The notes below the pieces were generated by a model. That model was not told where the DNA came from, searched no databases, and saw only the letters and a program-made list of their open reading frames with translations. From the NCBI GenBank assembly GCA_038046665.1, contig JBBSVS010000089.1, positions 1 through 28,200 on the forward strand: DNA of 28,200 bases, in the 5' to 3' direction. Of the stretch, positions 1 to 8,695 are shown piece after piece. Numbering within the stretch: position 1 is the stretch's first letter; each line of letters begins with the position of its first letter. The DNA comes from Thermoplasmatota archaeon (GTDB lineage Archaea > Thermoplasmatota > Thermoplasmata > RBG-16-68-12). Position numbers and translations under genes: made by a program.

Positions 1-1
1 G

Positions 2-178
2 CGCCTTATCGGAAACCTCGTCCGTGCGATGAAGAACGTACCTCGCGAGATCCAGCTTCGCCAGATCGGTCACTTCTACCGGGCCGACCCCAACTATGGC
101 CGCGGCGTCGCGCGCGGACTCGGTATCGAGAAGGAGATCCCCCGAATCGCAAGAGAGGTCGAAACGACGAAGGCGTGA
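2..178 (+). CDS. katA: Monofunctional heme catalase, C-terminal fragment (gene starts before the window)
   Basis: Frame 2 reads [45 protein letters not shown]...KA*, matching the C-terminal helical domain of small-subunit catalases (HFYxADPxYGxxVAxGL). TGA at 176-178. Confidence 0.8.
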   Translation, partial: RLIGNLVRAMKNVPREIQLRQIGHFYRADPNYGRGVARGLGIEKEIPRIAREVETTKA

Positions 179-326
179 GACTCCGACCCGGTCCTATCGG
201 GCCGCCTCTCGCGGAGACCATGACCCCGATCGCGAAGCCATGGGCCGGGACGATAGGAGCAGGTTCTGGTTCCTCGTCTGGGTGACCGCTTTCCATATCT
301 TTATTCAGAGGGGCATATATTTTACT

Positions 327-821
327 TCAGGCGAAGTAGGAGGCAGATCCGCGGTCGAATCCCGGAACGAACTCGAGGCGCAGCTCCTGGGGCTGCCATG
401 CCGCGTCCGGGAAGACCAGGTTCGGGAAGAACCTGGAGAAGTCCTGGGAGATCTGCGTCACCAGGTGCTCGGGCCCGAAGAGGGTCTCCGCGATCGCGTG
501 CGCGCGGTCCCGGCAGACGAGCTCGTCCACGAAGCCCAGACTGTGGAGGTACTCGTGGAGCAGGACGTAGAAGGCGTAGGGCTTGTAGAGCTCCGGGTTC
601 GTCTCCTGAATCCGGAGCAGTGGGACCTTGTTCATTACGATCACGTTCGTCGCGATCGGATAGAAGGCGCCGAGGAATCCCTGCGGGTGGTTGCCCAGGT
701 CTGCGAGCGCGAGCATGAGACCCGCACGGTTCCGGCCCAGGACGGCGTCGACACCGCGCTTCACGAGCTCGAAGACGTCGACGAGGTTCCTCGCCTGGTC
801 CAGCTTCCTCGGGAAGTCCAT
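327..821 (-). CDS. Uncharacterised zincin-like metalloprotein (HEXXH)
   Basis: 164-aa ORF with host-like codon use. VLLHEYLHSLGF is a HEXXH motif. CTTAAG TATA-like box about 25 nt upstream of the ATG. Confidence 0.7.
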   Translation of the reverse strand: MDFPRKLDQARNLVDVFELVKRGVDAVLGRNRAGLMLALADLGNHPQGFLGAFYPIATNVIVMNKVPLLRIQETNPELYKPYAFYVLLHEYLHSLGFVDELVCRDRAHAIAETLFGPEHLVTQISQDFSRFFPNLVFPDAAWQPQELRLEFVPGFDRGSASYFA

Positions 822-843
822 CGACAGCTTGCACGACGACGGT

Positions 844-853
844 CGGACTTAAG
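844..853 (-). promoter_or_regulatory. Putative TATA box (CTTAAG) of the zincin gene, leaderless spacing
   Basis: Minus strand CTTAAGTCCG lies 23 nt upstream of the ATG at 821. The same 10-mer precedes icd (8657-8666). Confidence 0.45.
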
Positions 854-871
854 AGATTGCACGAGGGGGCT

Positions 872-1570
872 TCACACGCGGAGGATGGGCAGGAGGTTCA
901 ACCCCTCGTACCCGAGGAACAGATAGATTGCGTAGGCGATGCTCAGGAGGGCCGCGCCGACGTTGACGACGCGGCGTACGCGAGCGCGGCCCCAGCGCAG
1001 CATCGGGTAGCTCACGCCGATGCCGAAGAGGATCATTCCCGCGACGACCCCGATGCTGAAGACGCCCACGCCACCCAGGAGGCCTGCGAGGGACGTCACG
1101 CCGAAGGAAGCGACGAACAGGATGAGGATCTCGTCGTTGCTCGCCAGGCCGTGCACGATCCCGATCCCGAACATCGTCCTGTGCTCGTTCATCCGTCGCA
1201 CGTGGACGTGGGTGTGGCTGTGGCTCTCCACACGGTGGTCTGCCAGCTCGTGCTCATGCGGATGGCGATGGAGGAGGTCGAACTCGATGAGCAGCCCCAC
1301 CACCCCGATGACGACGAGCATGACCGCGACGACGAGTTCGAAGTTGCCGAGGAAGTCGCGGAGGATGGTCTGGCGAAACTCGTACAGGAGGATCATGATG
1401 AACGTCGCGGTCACCATGTGCCCCGCCGCCCAGCTCACGCCCATCAGGGTGGTCTTCCGGAGGCTGTGACTCCGCGTCAGGAGGTTCGACACCGCGACGA
1501 GATGGTCCGCGTCGTAGCTGTGCTTGAATCCGAGAGCGAGGGCCAAGGCGATGAAGAACAGGAATTCCAT
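872..1570 (-). CDS. Nickel/cobalt permease (HoxN/HupN/NixA-UreH superfamily)
   Basis: Multi-TM 232-aa protein with HSYDADHL (cf. NiCoT HAxDADHI signature), His-rich loop HRHPHEH...HSHTHVH and GIVHGLA. Divergent from nikR. Confidence 0.85.
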   Translation of the reverse strand: MEFLFFIALALALGFKHSYDADHLVAVSNLLTRSHSLRKTTLMGVSWAAGHMVTATFIMILLYEFRQTILRDFLGNFELVVAVMLVVIGVVGLLIEFDLLHRHPHEHELADHRVESHSHTHVHVRRMNEHRTMFGIGIVHGLASNDEILILFVASFGVTSLAGLLGGVGVFSIGVVAGMILFGIGVSYPMLRWGRARVRRVVNVGAALLSIAYAIYLFLGYEGLNLLPILRV

Positions 1571-1609
1571 GGGAAACGACGCGCCTGCGACGGCCCGAGG
1601 GACGTCGGC

Positions 1610-1699
1610 GTAATACTCTGTCTATGGTGGTAACACGCCTTAAAGTTTCACCCTCGTGTTCAAGACCCCCGTAGCACTTCGCCCGGCGAGGAGTAACAC
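1610..1699. promoter_or_regulatory. Divergent promoter with candidate NikR operator half-sites
   Basis: GTAATAC (1610), GTAACAC (1630), GTAGCAC (1671) and GTAACAC (1693) form two pairs spaced 20 and 22 bp, either side of a TATA-like CTTAAAG at ~1639-1645. Confidence 0.5.
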
Positions 1700-2107
1700 A
1701 TGCCCGTCGAACGCATCGGAGTGTCCCTCGAGGGACCCCTCCTGGAAGACTTCGACCGTCTGGTCCGCGAGCGGGGATACGCCAGTCGCTCGGAGGCCTT
1801 GAGGGATCTGATCCGGCAGGGCCTCGTCCGCCGCCGTTGGGATTCGGGAGGGAAGGTCGTGGGCACGATCACCTTCGTCTACCGTCACGACGTTGGCATG
1901 GTCACCCATCGCATCCTGCATCGCCAGCACGACTTCCTCGGCACGATTCGTGCGACGGCCCACACGCACCTGAACGAGGAGACGTGCCTCGAGGTCCTCA
2001 TCGTCGAGGGCGAGGCGAAGCGCATCGCGGAGCTCGCGGACCGCATACGAACCGTGAAAGGCGTTCTCTCGACGGAGACGGTGGTGGCGAGCGCGGACCT
2101 GCGGTGA
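1700..2107 (+). CDS. nikR: Nickel-responsive ribbon-helix-helix regulator NikR
   Basis: N-terminal RHH (ERIGVSL...FDRLVRERGYASRSEALRDLIR) and C-terminal ACT-like metal domain with H-x-H...C-L-E (AHTHLNEETCLEV). Confidence 0.93.
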   Translation: MPVERIGVSLEGPLLEDFDRLVRERGYASRSEALRDLIRQGLVRRRWDSGGKVVGTITFVYRHDVGMVTHRILHRQHDFLGTIRATAHTHLNEETCLEVLIVEGEAKRIAELADRIRTVKGVLSTETVVASADLR

Positions 2108-2127
2108 GGCGGGCGATCGTGAATACC

Positions 2128-2145
2128 AGCGGTGGGAACACCGTT
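2128..2145 (+). terminator. GNRA-tetraloop hairpin downstream of nikR (possible 3' end structure)
   Basis: (AG)CGGTG-GGAA-CACCG(TT) 20 nt after the nikR stop, followed by the TATA-like AAGATTTATCA (2148-2158) of the next gene. Confidence 0.35.
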
Positions 2146-2210
2146 GAAAGATTTATCAGGGGGCAAGTCGACGCAACAGACTCGACGTCCCCTCGGGACC
2201 CGTCAGGACC

Positions 2211-2675
2211 GTGTTCCCCGTGGCCATACCGCTCGCCTACGCCACCACCCGCAACCGAAGAGCCCCGCCGTCCCTCCCCCTCGGCTGGGGAGCCGTGACG
2301 GTCCTCCTCGTGGGAGCGGCCCTCCTCATCATCGGTATCGTGATCATTCTCCTGGGGTTCTTCGATTTCATCTCGGGAACAGTGGGCGCGGCCACGAGCT
2401 CCTCCTTCAGCGTGACGACGTTCTTCCAGTCCTTCGTGGGGTCGATGATCCTCTTCGTCGTCGGCGGCGTCCTCGCAGGCGTCGGCGGCTGGCTCGTCCG
2501 TCTCTGGTGGCTCTTCCTCCTCGTCGGGGTCGTGACCGGCGCCGGGAGCACGGGCAACACCGTGCGGGAGCGCGAAGCGATGCGTGGGCCCGACGTGCGG
2601 GTTCGCTGCCGCGTGTGCGGCCGACTCAACCCCGAGGAAGCCAAGTTCTGCCTCTCCTGCGGGCAGGCCGTGTGA
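2211..2675 (+). CDS. Membrane protein with C-terminal zinc ribbon
   Basis: Several hydrophobic segments followed by CRVC...CLSC (CxxC-x10-CxxC). TATA-like box at 2148-2158. Confidence 0.7.
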   Translation: MFPVAIPLAYATTRNRRAPPSLPLGWGAVTVLLVGAALLIIGIVIILLGFFDFISGTVGAATSSSFSVTTFFQSFVGSMILFVVGGVLAGVGGWLVRLWWLFLLVGVVTGAGSTGNTVREREAMRGPDVRVRCRVCGRLNPEEAKFCLSCGQAV

Positions 2676-2734
2676 GTTCGACCCGCATCCTCTAATCGGA
2701 ACTTATTTGAACGGAAGCGCGGAATCGCCAGACC

Positions 2735-3577
2735 ATGGAGCTCCTCATTCGCCTCGCTCGCCAGTGGGTCGCGGGCGAGACGATCGAGGACGCCGTGCGC
2801 GTGGCCCTGGCGGCGAACGCCCGCGGGATCCACGCCATCGTGAACCACCTCGGGGAGCACTACCGTGAGAAGGGGCAGGTCGAGGCGACGGTCCAGGAAT
2901 ACCTGCGGCTCGTCTCGCAGCTCAGGGCCGCCGGCGTCGACGGCGACGTGAGCGTGAAGCCGACCCAGCTCGGCCTCCTCATCGACAAGGGATATGCCTT
3001 CTCCCATATCCTCCCGGTCCTCGACGCAACGAAGGCCTGGGGCCGCATCCTGTGGGTGGACATGGAGGCGGCGTCGACCGTCGAGGATACGATCTGGATC
3101 TACGAGAACCTACACACGCGGTATGAACGGGTCGGGCTCTGCATCCAGGCGAACCTCCGGCGGACGGAGGGAGACCTGCGGCGGCTCCTTGCAAACGGTG
3201 CGCGCATCCGCCTCGTGAAGGGCGCGTACAAGGAAACGCCCGAGGTCGCGTACGCGAGCCGCGCCGAGATCGACCGAGAATACGTGCGGCATCTCGAGAC
3301 CCTTTTCAAGGAGGGAAAGGACTTCGCGGTCGCGAGCCACGACGGGAAGATGATCGAGCGCACCCTCGAGTTCGCGAAGACGCATGCGGGCGTGCCCTTC
3401 GAGTTCGCGATGCTCCAAGGCGTCCGCGATCCCCTCAAGGCGGAGCTCGTGGGCCAGGGCCACCTGGTCACGGAGTACATCCCCTACGGTCCGACCTGGC
3501 TCCCCTACTTCAGCCGCCGCCTGCGCGAGCGACCCCGCAACATCGTCACGATGGTCCGATCCTTCGTCGGCGGATGA
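2735..3577 (+). CDS. Monofunctional proline dehydrogenase
   Basis: VSVKPTQLGL, VDME, GLCIQANL, RLVKGAYKE, ASHD, EFAMLQG and YIPYG...YFSRRLRERP are PRODH family motifs. Confidence 0.92.
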   Translation: MELLIRLARQWVAGETIEDAVRVALAANARGIHAIVNHLGEHYREKGQVEATVQEYLRLVSQLRAAGVDGDVSVKPTQLGLLIDKGYAFSHILPVLDATKAWGRILWVDMEAASTVEDTIWIYENLHTRYERVGLCIQANLRRTEGDLRRLLANGARIRLVKGAYKETPEVAYASRAEIDREYVRHLETLFKEGKDFAVASHDGKMIERTLEFAKTHAGVPFEFAMLQGVRDPLKAELVGQGHLVTEYIPYGPTWLPYFSRRLRERPRNIVTMVRSFVGG

Positions 3578-3755
3578 GTTGCGGCGGCGGACGAGTGACC
3601 TTCAGGTAGAAGGGCATGAACACGGCCAGGATGTCGCAGACGACGAGTAGGATGAGGGCCACCGCCATTCCGACCGGGTCGAACCAAATCGCCGGCACTC
3701 CGGGCAGCATCCCCGTCACGGAGAGCGCGAGAGGGAACTCCGCAAGGACGAGCAC
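3546..3755 (-). CDS. Possible small two-TM membrane protein (start uncertain)
   Basis: Two hydrophobic stretches. The frame stays open and hydrophobic (RRAKALLFIL) for 11 codons upstream of the GTG with no canonical start. Overlaps the proline dehydrogenase 3' end by 32 nt. Confidence 0.4.
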   Translation of the reverse strand: MLVLAEFPLALSVTGMLPGVPAIWFDPVGMAVALILLVVCDILAVFMPFYLKVTRPPPQLIRRRRIGPS

Positions 3756-3940
3756 GAGGATGAATAGGAGGGCCTTCGCACGGCGAGTCTATCCACTCGA
3801 GACGGATCGGACCAAGGGGATTCTTCCGGGCCCGAATCCGTGCCGAAGGAAATGAAGGCCGCGCTCCACCAACACGCACCCTCGGCCGCCGCGGCCTACG
3901 GGCGCCAAATCCTTTTCCCGAGGCGCGACCTGCGCCATCC

Positions 3941-4669
3941 GTGGATCGCCGCACCTTCCTCCGGACGATGAGGATCCTCGAGGCCCACTATCCCACGGAG
4001 GATTGGACACGGTCCATGACGCCCTTCGATGTCCTCGTGTCGACAATCCTCTCCCAGAGTACGACCGTGGCGAACGAGCGCCGGGGCCTCGAAGGACTGC
4101 ACACCGCATTCGGGCGGATTTCGCCGGACCGGCTCGCGGTGGCCGAGGAGGAAGACATCGCGCGGGCCATCTGGCACTCGGGACTCGCGGGACAGAAGGC
4201 CCCGCGCATCCGCGCGACGGCGGAGGAGGTCCTCGCGCGCTGGGACGGGGACCTGGGCCGCGTCCTGCGACTCCCCACGCCGGAGGCCCGCGAAGCCCTG
4301 ATGGCTCTACCCGGGGTAGGACCCAAGACTGCGGACGTGGTCCTCGCGATGGCGGCGGACCGACCCGTTTTCCCGGTGGACACGCACATCGCTCGCATCG
4401 CACGTCGCTGGGACCTCGTGGGTCGCGGAGGCTACGAGGCGACCCGGACCGCCCTGGAGCGATGGACCCCGCCGGGGAAGCGGAAGACATGGCACCTTGC
4501 GATTATCGCCCACGGCCGCGCGGTCTGCAAGGCGGGAACTCCGCGCTGCGAGGTGTGCCCGGTCACACGGGACTGCGATTGGTACCGGAGGCATCGGACG
4601 CGTGGACGCTCCCGTGGAATCAAATCAGGAAACGGGAAGCGTGCGCGACAAAAGGTTAAGAACCGCTAG
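3941..4669 (+). CDS. nth: Endonuclease III (HhH-GPD DNA glycosylase/AP lyase with [4Fe-4S])
   Basis: VSTILSQST, HhH LMALPGVGPKTADV with catalytic Lys, PVDTH, and the C-x6-C-x2-C-x5-C cluster motif (CKAGTPRCEVCPVTRDC). Confidence 0.9.
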   Translation: MDRRTFLRTMRILEAHYPTEDWTRSMTPFDVLVSTILSQSTTVANERRGLEGLHTAFGRISPDRLAVAEEEDIARAIWHSGLAGQKAPRIRATAEEVLARWDGDLGRVLRLPTPEAREALMALPGVGPKTADVVLAMAADRPVFPVDTHIARIARRWDLVGRGGYEATRTALERWTPPGKRKTWHLAIIAHGRAVCKAGTPRCEVCPVTRDCDWYRRHRTRGRSRGIKSGNGKRARQKVKNR

Positions 4670-4683
4670 GGACTAGGCGCGAG

Positions 4684-5571
4684 GTGCGAGCGTCCTTGGT
4701 CCTTGATGATTACGTTCAACTGATGAAGTTGCGCATCGACGCGCTCCTGCTCCTCGTCGCCGCGGCGGGGTACGTGGCCACGAGCGGACCCCGCATCGAT
4801 CCCGTGTCCTTCGGACTCCTCATGGTGACGGGCCTGCTCGCAGCCAGCGGCGCGAGCGCGACGAACCACTACCTGGACCGGGACGTGGATGCGATCATGC
4901 GGCGCACGTCCGGAAGGCCCCTGCCGATGCACCGCATCGAGCCCGCGACGCGGGCCCTCGGGTTCGGCATCGGCCTCACGGCAATCAGCCTCGGAGTCGC
5001 GTACCTTTGGATCAACCCGCTCACGGCCGCGATGATCGGCCTCGGCTATGCGGTCTACGTGGGCGTCTACACCCTCGGGCTCAAGCGGAACCACGTGAGC
5101 AACATCGTGATTGGCGGCTTCGCGGGATCCTGCCCCGCCCTCGCCGGATCGGCCGCCGCGGCGAACGCGATCAGCCTGCCCGCGGCCCTGATCGCCCTCC
5201 TCGTGTTCCTCTGGACCCCGGGCCACTTCTGGGCCCTCGCCTACCGCAACCGCGAGGACTACCGCCGAGCGGGACTCCCGATGCTCCCCGCGGTCCAAGA
5301 CGAGCGGACCTCCGCATGGGCCATCGGCATCTCCACGGCGATCGTCGCCCTGTCGAGCATCGCCTTCGCCTTCACGGATGCCTTCCACGACGGCTATCTC
5401 GTCGTGTCACTCATCGCGGGCGCGATCCTCCTGTATCTCGCCGCCGGCTTTGTGCGGAGCCCGACGCCGGAGCGGGCGTGGACGGGCTACAAGTTCTCCG
5501 GAATCTATCTGGCGATCCTCCTCGTGGCGATGATGGCGGACGCCCTCCTGCCCCTGACCTTCTCCCTTTGA
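4684..5571 (+). CDS. ctaB: Protoheme IX farnesyltransferase (heme o synthase)
   Basis: NHYLDRDVDAIMRRTSGRPLP, YVGVYTLGLKR, IGGFAGSCP, FLWTPGHFWALA, DYRRAGLPMLP. Confidence 0.93.
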   Translation: MRASLVLDDYVQLMKLRIDALLLLVAAAGYVATSGPRIDPVSFGLLMVTGLLAASGASATNHYLDRDVDAIMRRTSGRPLPMHRIEPATRALGFGIGLTAISLGVAYLWINPLTAAMIGLGYAVYVGVYTLGLKRNHVSNIVIGGFAGSCPALAGSAAAANAISLPAALIALLVFLWTPGHFWALAYRNREDYRRAGLPMLPAVQDERTSAWAIGISTAIVALSSIAFAFTDAFHDGYLVVSLIAGAILLYLAAGFVRSPTPERAWTGYKFSGIYLAILLVAMMADALLPLTFSL

Positions 5572-5668
5572 GAAATGTCCGGCGCCGCGCTATCGACGCG
5601 GAGAGCTGCACCCTTGACTTTTAATAGAGCCAGAGCTTAGTCCGACCTACCACAAGACGGTGGAAGGC

Positions 5669-6931
5669 ATGCCGGGGCAAACGATTGTAGAGAAGATTCT
5701 ATCCCGCGCCTCTGGTCGTCCCGTTCTCGCGGGCGACATCACGATCGCCAAGGTCGACCTGGCGTATGTGCAGGATGGGACCGGGCCCCTCACGTTCCGC
5801 ATGATGGAGAAGATGAACCTCGTCAAGGCCGCGAACCCCTCGCGGTCCGTCGTGTTCATCGACCACTCGAGCCCGCCGCCTCGGAGGGAGCTTGCGACGG
5901 ACCACGTGTACCTGCGGGAGTTCGCCGCGAAGACCGGAATGGTCCTCTCCGACGTCGGGCAGGGGGTGTGCCACCAGGTGGCCTTCGAGAAGTTCGTCCG
6001 CCCGGGCGATGTGGTCATCGGCGCCGATAGCCATTCCGTGATGGGCGGGGCCATGGGCGCCTTCGCCACGGGCATGGGATCGACCGACGTGGCGGTGGCC
6101 CTAGCCCTCGGGAAGACCTGGCTCCGCGTGCCCGAGACGATGAAATTCGACGTTGGCGGCAAGTTCCCCAAGGGCGTCTACTCGAAGGATCTCATCCTCA
6201 GGATCATCGGGGACATCAAGACGGACGGCGCGACGTACAAGGCCATGGAATGGGGCGGGCCCGCGTGGTCGTCCATGCCCATGACCGAACGCATGGTCCT
6301 CTCGAACATGGCCATCGAGGCGGGCGGCAAGTGCGGGCCGCAGCCCTCGGACCGGGAGACGAAGCGGTACCTGAAGGAGCATGGGCGGGAGACGGACTGG
6401 AAAGAAATCGAGCCCGATTCAGACGCCGCGTACGAGAGCGTGGCCCACTACGACGTCGGCGAGCTGGAGCCCATGGTGGCCCGCCCGCCTCAAGAGGACA
6501 ACGTCGTGCCCGTGACCGATCCGAGCGTGAAGGGGCTCAAGATCCACCAGGTGTACCTGGGCTCCTGCACGAACGCGCGGTACGAGGACATCCAGGTCTT
6601 CTGCGACTACATGAAGGGCGAGAAGGTCGCGAAGGGCACACGCCTCATCGTCGTGCCGGCCTCCAAGGAGTCCTACGAGAAGTCCCTGAAGAACGGCCTC
6701 TTCGAGATCCTCCTCGACGCGGGGGCGACGATCAACCCGCCCGGCTGCGGCGCCTGCCCGGGCGTACACCAGGGGATCCCCGGGGACGGGGAGAACGTCC
6801 TGTCCACCACGAACCGCAACTACGTCGGGCGCATGGGCAACCCCGCGGCCTTCACCTACTTGGCCTCGCCCGCCACCGCGGCGGCCACGGCCATCTATGG
6901 CATAATCACGGACCCACGGGAGGTGAAGTGA
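5669..6931 (+). CDS. leuC: LeuC/HacA-family aconitase-superfamily large subunit (isopropylmalate/homoaconitate/aconitate hydratase)
   Basis: QD, DH, GVCHQ, GADSHS, GSCTN, PGCGAC (three Fe-S cysteines), STTNRNYVGRMG, YLASPATAAA. The ATG at 5669 follows GGTGGA; an alternative GTG lies at 5660. Confidence 0.9.
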   Translation: MPGQTIVEKILSRASGRPVLAGDITIAKVDLAYVQDGTGPLTFRMMEKMNLVKAANPSRSVVFIDHSSPPPRRELATDHVYLREFAAKTGMVLSDVGQGVCHQVAFEKFVRPGDVVIGADSHSVMGGAMGAFATGMGSTDVAVALALGKTWLRVPETMKFDVGGKFPKGVYSKDLILRIIGDIKTDGATYKAMEWGGPAWSSMPMTERMVLSNMAIEAGGKCGPQPSDRETKRYLKEHGRETDWKEIEPDSDAAYESVAHYDVGELEPMVARPPQEDNVVPVTDPSVKGLKIHQVYLGSCTNARYEDIQVFCDYMKGEKVAKGTRLIVVPASKESYEKSLKNGLFEILLDAGATINPPGCGACPGVHQGIPGDGENVLSTTNRNYVGRMGNPAAFTYLASPATAAATAIYGIITDPREVK

Positions 6932-7428
6932 TGGGGCGCGCCTGGAAGTTCGGGGACAACATCTCCACGGACCTCATCGCCGCCGGACGGTACTACCACC
7001 TGCGCTCGAACCTGCCCGAGCTCGCGAAGCACGTCCTCGAGGACGCCCGCCCGGAGTTCGCGTCCCAGGTCAAGCAAGGGGACTTCGTCGTGGGCGGACG
7101 AAACTTCGGCAAGGGCTCATCCCGCGAGCATGCGCCGGTGATCATCAAGCTCGCGGGCACACGGGCCGTGCTCGCCAAGTCCTTCGCGCGCATCTTCTAC
7201 CGCAACTGCATCAACATCGGTCTTCCCGCAATCGTCGTGGACACGGACAAGATCGACGAGGGGGACGACCTGGACATCGACTTGGAGAAAGGCGTCGTGC
7301 ACGACCGGACGAAGGGGATCGAGCTGACGTTCCCGCCGCTGCCCGCCGTGATGGCCCGCATCCTCGAGGAGGGCGGGCTCGTGGACTACGTCAAGAACCA
7401 CGGCGACCTCGTCATCGCCGGGACGTGA
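6931..7428 (+). CDS. leuD: LeuD/HacB-family small subunit
   Basis: MGRAWKFGDNISTD, NFGKGSSREHA, SFARIFYRNCINIGLP, ILEEGGL. The ATG shares its A with the leuC TGA. It is the C-terminal part of track ORF 6250..7428. Confidence 0.9.
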   Translation: MGRAWKFGDNISTDLIAAGRYYHLRSNLPELAKHVLEDARPEFASQVKQGDFVVGGRNFGKGSSREHAPVIIKLAGTRAVLAKSFARIFYRNCINIGLPAIVVDTDKIDEGDDLDIDLEKGVVHDRTKGIELTFPPLPAVMARILEEGGLVDYVKNHGDLVIAGT

Positions 7429-7466
7429 GCCCATGGTCCCCGTCGCGACTTGGGGAGGCCTGTGAC

Positions 7467-8633
7467 ATGGGGACGAGTGCGAAGCCGACCCTGGAGACCC
7501 CTCCCCGGATCGACAAAGGGCTGGACGACATCTACGTGAAGGAGACGTCCATCTGCTTCGTCGACGGACAGCGCGGACGTCTCCTGTACCACGGCTACGA
7601 CATCCGCGACCTCGCGCAGTACTCGACCTTCGAGGAGACCGTTTTCATCCTCATCCACGGCAAACTCCCGAACCGCGAGGAGCTCACCCAGGTGAAGACG
7701 ACCCTCGCGGAGAACCGTGCGATCTCGCCGGAAGTCGTGAAGCTCCTGCGGTGCATGCCTCCGGACGCGCCGCCCATCGACGTGCTGCGGACGGCGGTGT
7801 CCTACGTCAGCAACTACGACCCGGAGCGGGACGACCCCACGCGGGCCGCGAACATGCGCAAGGCCCAGCGGCTCATCGCCAAGTTCCCCACCCTGGTGGC
7901 CGCCCACCACCGCATCCGCCAGGGGATGAAAGTGGTCCCGCCCGACCCCACCTTGGCCCATGCGGAGGACTTCCTCCGCATGCTCACGGGAAAGAAGCCC
8001 GACCCGCTCTCCGCGCGGGTCCTCGACGTCGCCCTCATCCTGCACGCGGACCACAGCATGAACGCATCCGCCTTCGCAGCCACCGTGGCCGCGTCCACCC
8101 TCGCGGATCTCTACAGCACGATCGTCGCGGCAATCGCGGCGCTGAAAGGCCCGCTCCACGGCGGCGCGAACGAGGCCGCTCTGAAGACGATGCTCGTGAT
8201 CGGCAAGCCGGAAAATGCGGAGGCCTACGTCCTGGACACGTTGAAGAACCACGGCAAGGTCTTCGGCTTCGGCCACCGCGTCTACAAGACCTGGGACCCG
8301 CGGGCCCTCATCCTGCGGGAGTACGCGAAGCAGCTCAGCGAGCTTAAGGGCCAGCAGGAGCTGTTCCACATCTCCGAGGTCGTCCAGGACACGGTCGTGC
8401 GGGAGCTGCAGTCCAAGCACATCTACCCGAACGTGGACTTCTACTCCGGCCTCGTGTACCATCTCCTGGGCCTGCCCACGGACCTCTTCACCCCGACCTT
8501 CGCGGTCTCCCGTATCGCAGGCTGGACTGCGCACGTCATCGAATACTGGGAAGACAACCGACTCGTGCGGCCGCTGGACTACTACGTCGGCCCGACGGAC
8601 GCGGTGTACGTGCCGCTGGACCAGAGGCCCTGA
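7467..8633 (+). CDS. gltA: Citrate synthase (type I dimeric; 2-methylcitrate synthase activity not excluded)
   Basis: KGL...GRLLYHGYDI, HADHSMNASAF, LKGPLHGGANE, GFGHRVYK...DPRA, YPNVDFYSG. The ATG at 7467 follows GGAGG. Confidence 0.92.
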   Translation: MGTSAKPTLETPPRIDKGLDDIYVKETSICFVDGQRGRLLYHGYDIRDLAQYSTFEETVFILIHGKLPNREELTQVKTTLAENRAISPEVVKLLRCMPPDAPPIDVLRTAVSYVSNYDPERDDPTRAANMRKAQRLIAKFPTLVAAHHRIRQGMKVVPPDPTLAHAEDFLRMLTGKKPDPLSARVLDVALILHADHSMNASAFAATVAASTLADLYSTIVAAIAALKGPLHGGANEAALKTMLVIGKPENAEAYVLDTLKNHGKVFGFGHRVYKTWDPRALILREYAKQLSELKGQQELFHISEVVQDTVVRELQSKHIYPNVDFYSGLVYHLLGLPTDLFTPTFAVSRIAGWTAHVIEYWEDNRLVRPLDYYVGPTDAVYVPLDQRP

Positions 8634-8695
8634 GGCGCATGCGTACGTACACCAGCCTTAAGTCCGAAAACCTCTGTTGACGCGGCGGTGTCTCT

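Noticed and set aside
241-265. GGAGCAGG resembling SRP RNA helix 8
   Set aside because: The required CAGG-CCC-GGAA-GGG-AGCA hairpin is absent and the region is too short for archaeal 7S RNA.
6-296. 96-aa minus-strand ORF starting near the AT-rich island
   Set aside because: Overlaps the katA 3' end antisense, has no recognisable motif, and reads like a GC-rich shadow frame.
3756-3940. GGATTC...GAATCC inverted repeat (~3818-3839) as a possible ncRNA
   Set aside because: A single 6-bp stem with no family motif; expected by chance.
4652-4659. AAGGTTAA half-site similar to the palindrome arm
   Set aside because: No left arm; better explained as the ctaB TATA box inside the nth 3' end.
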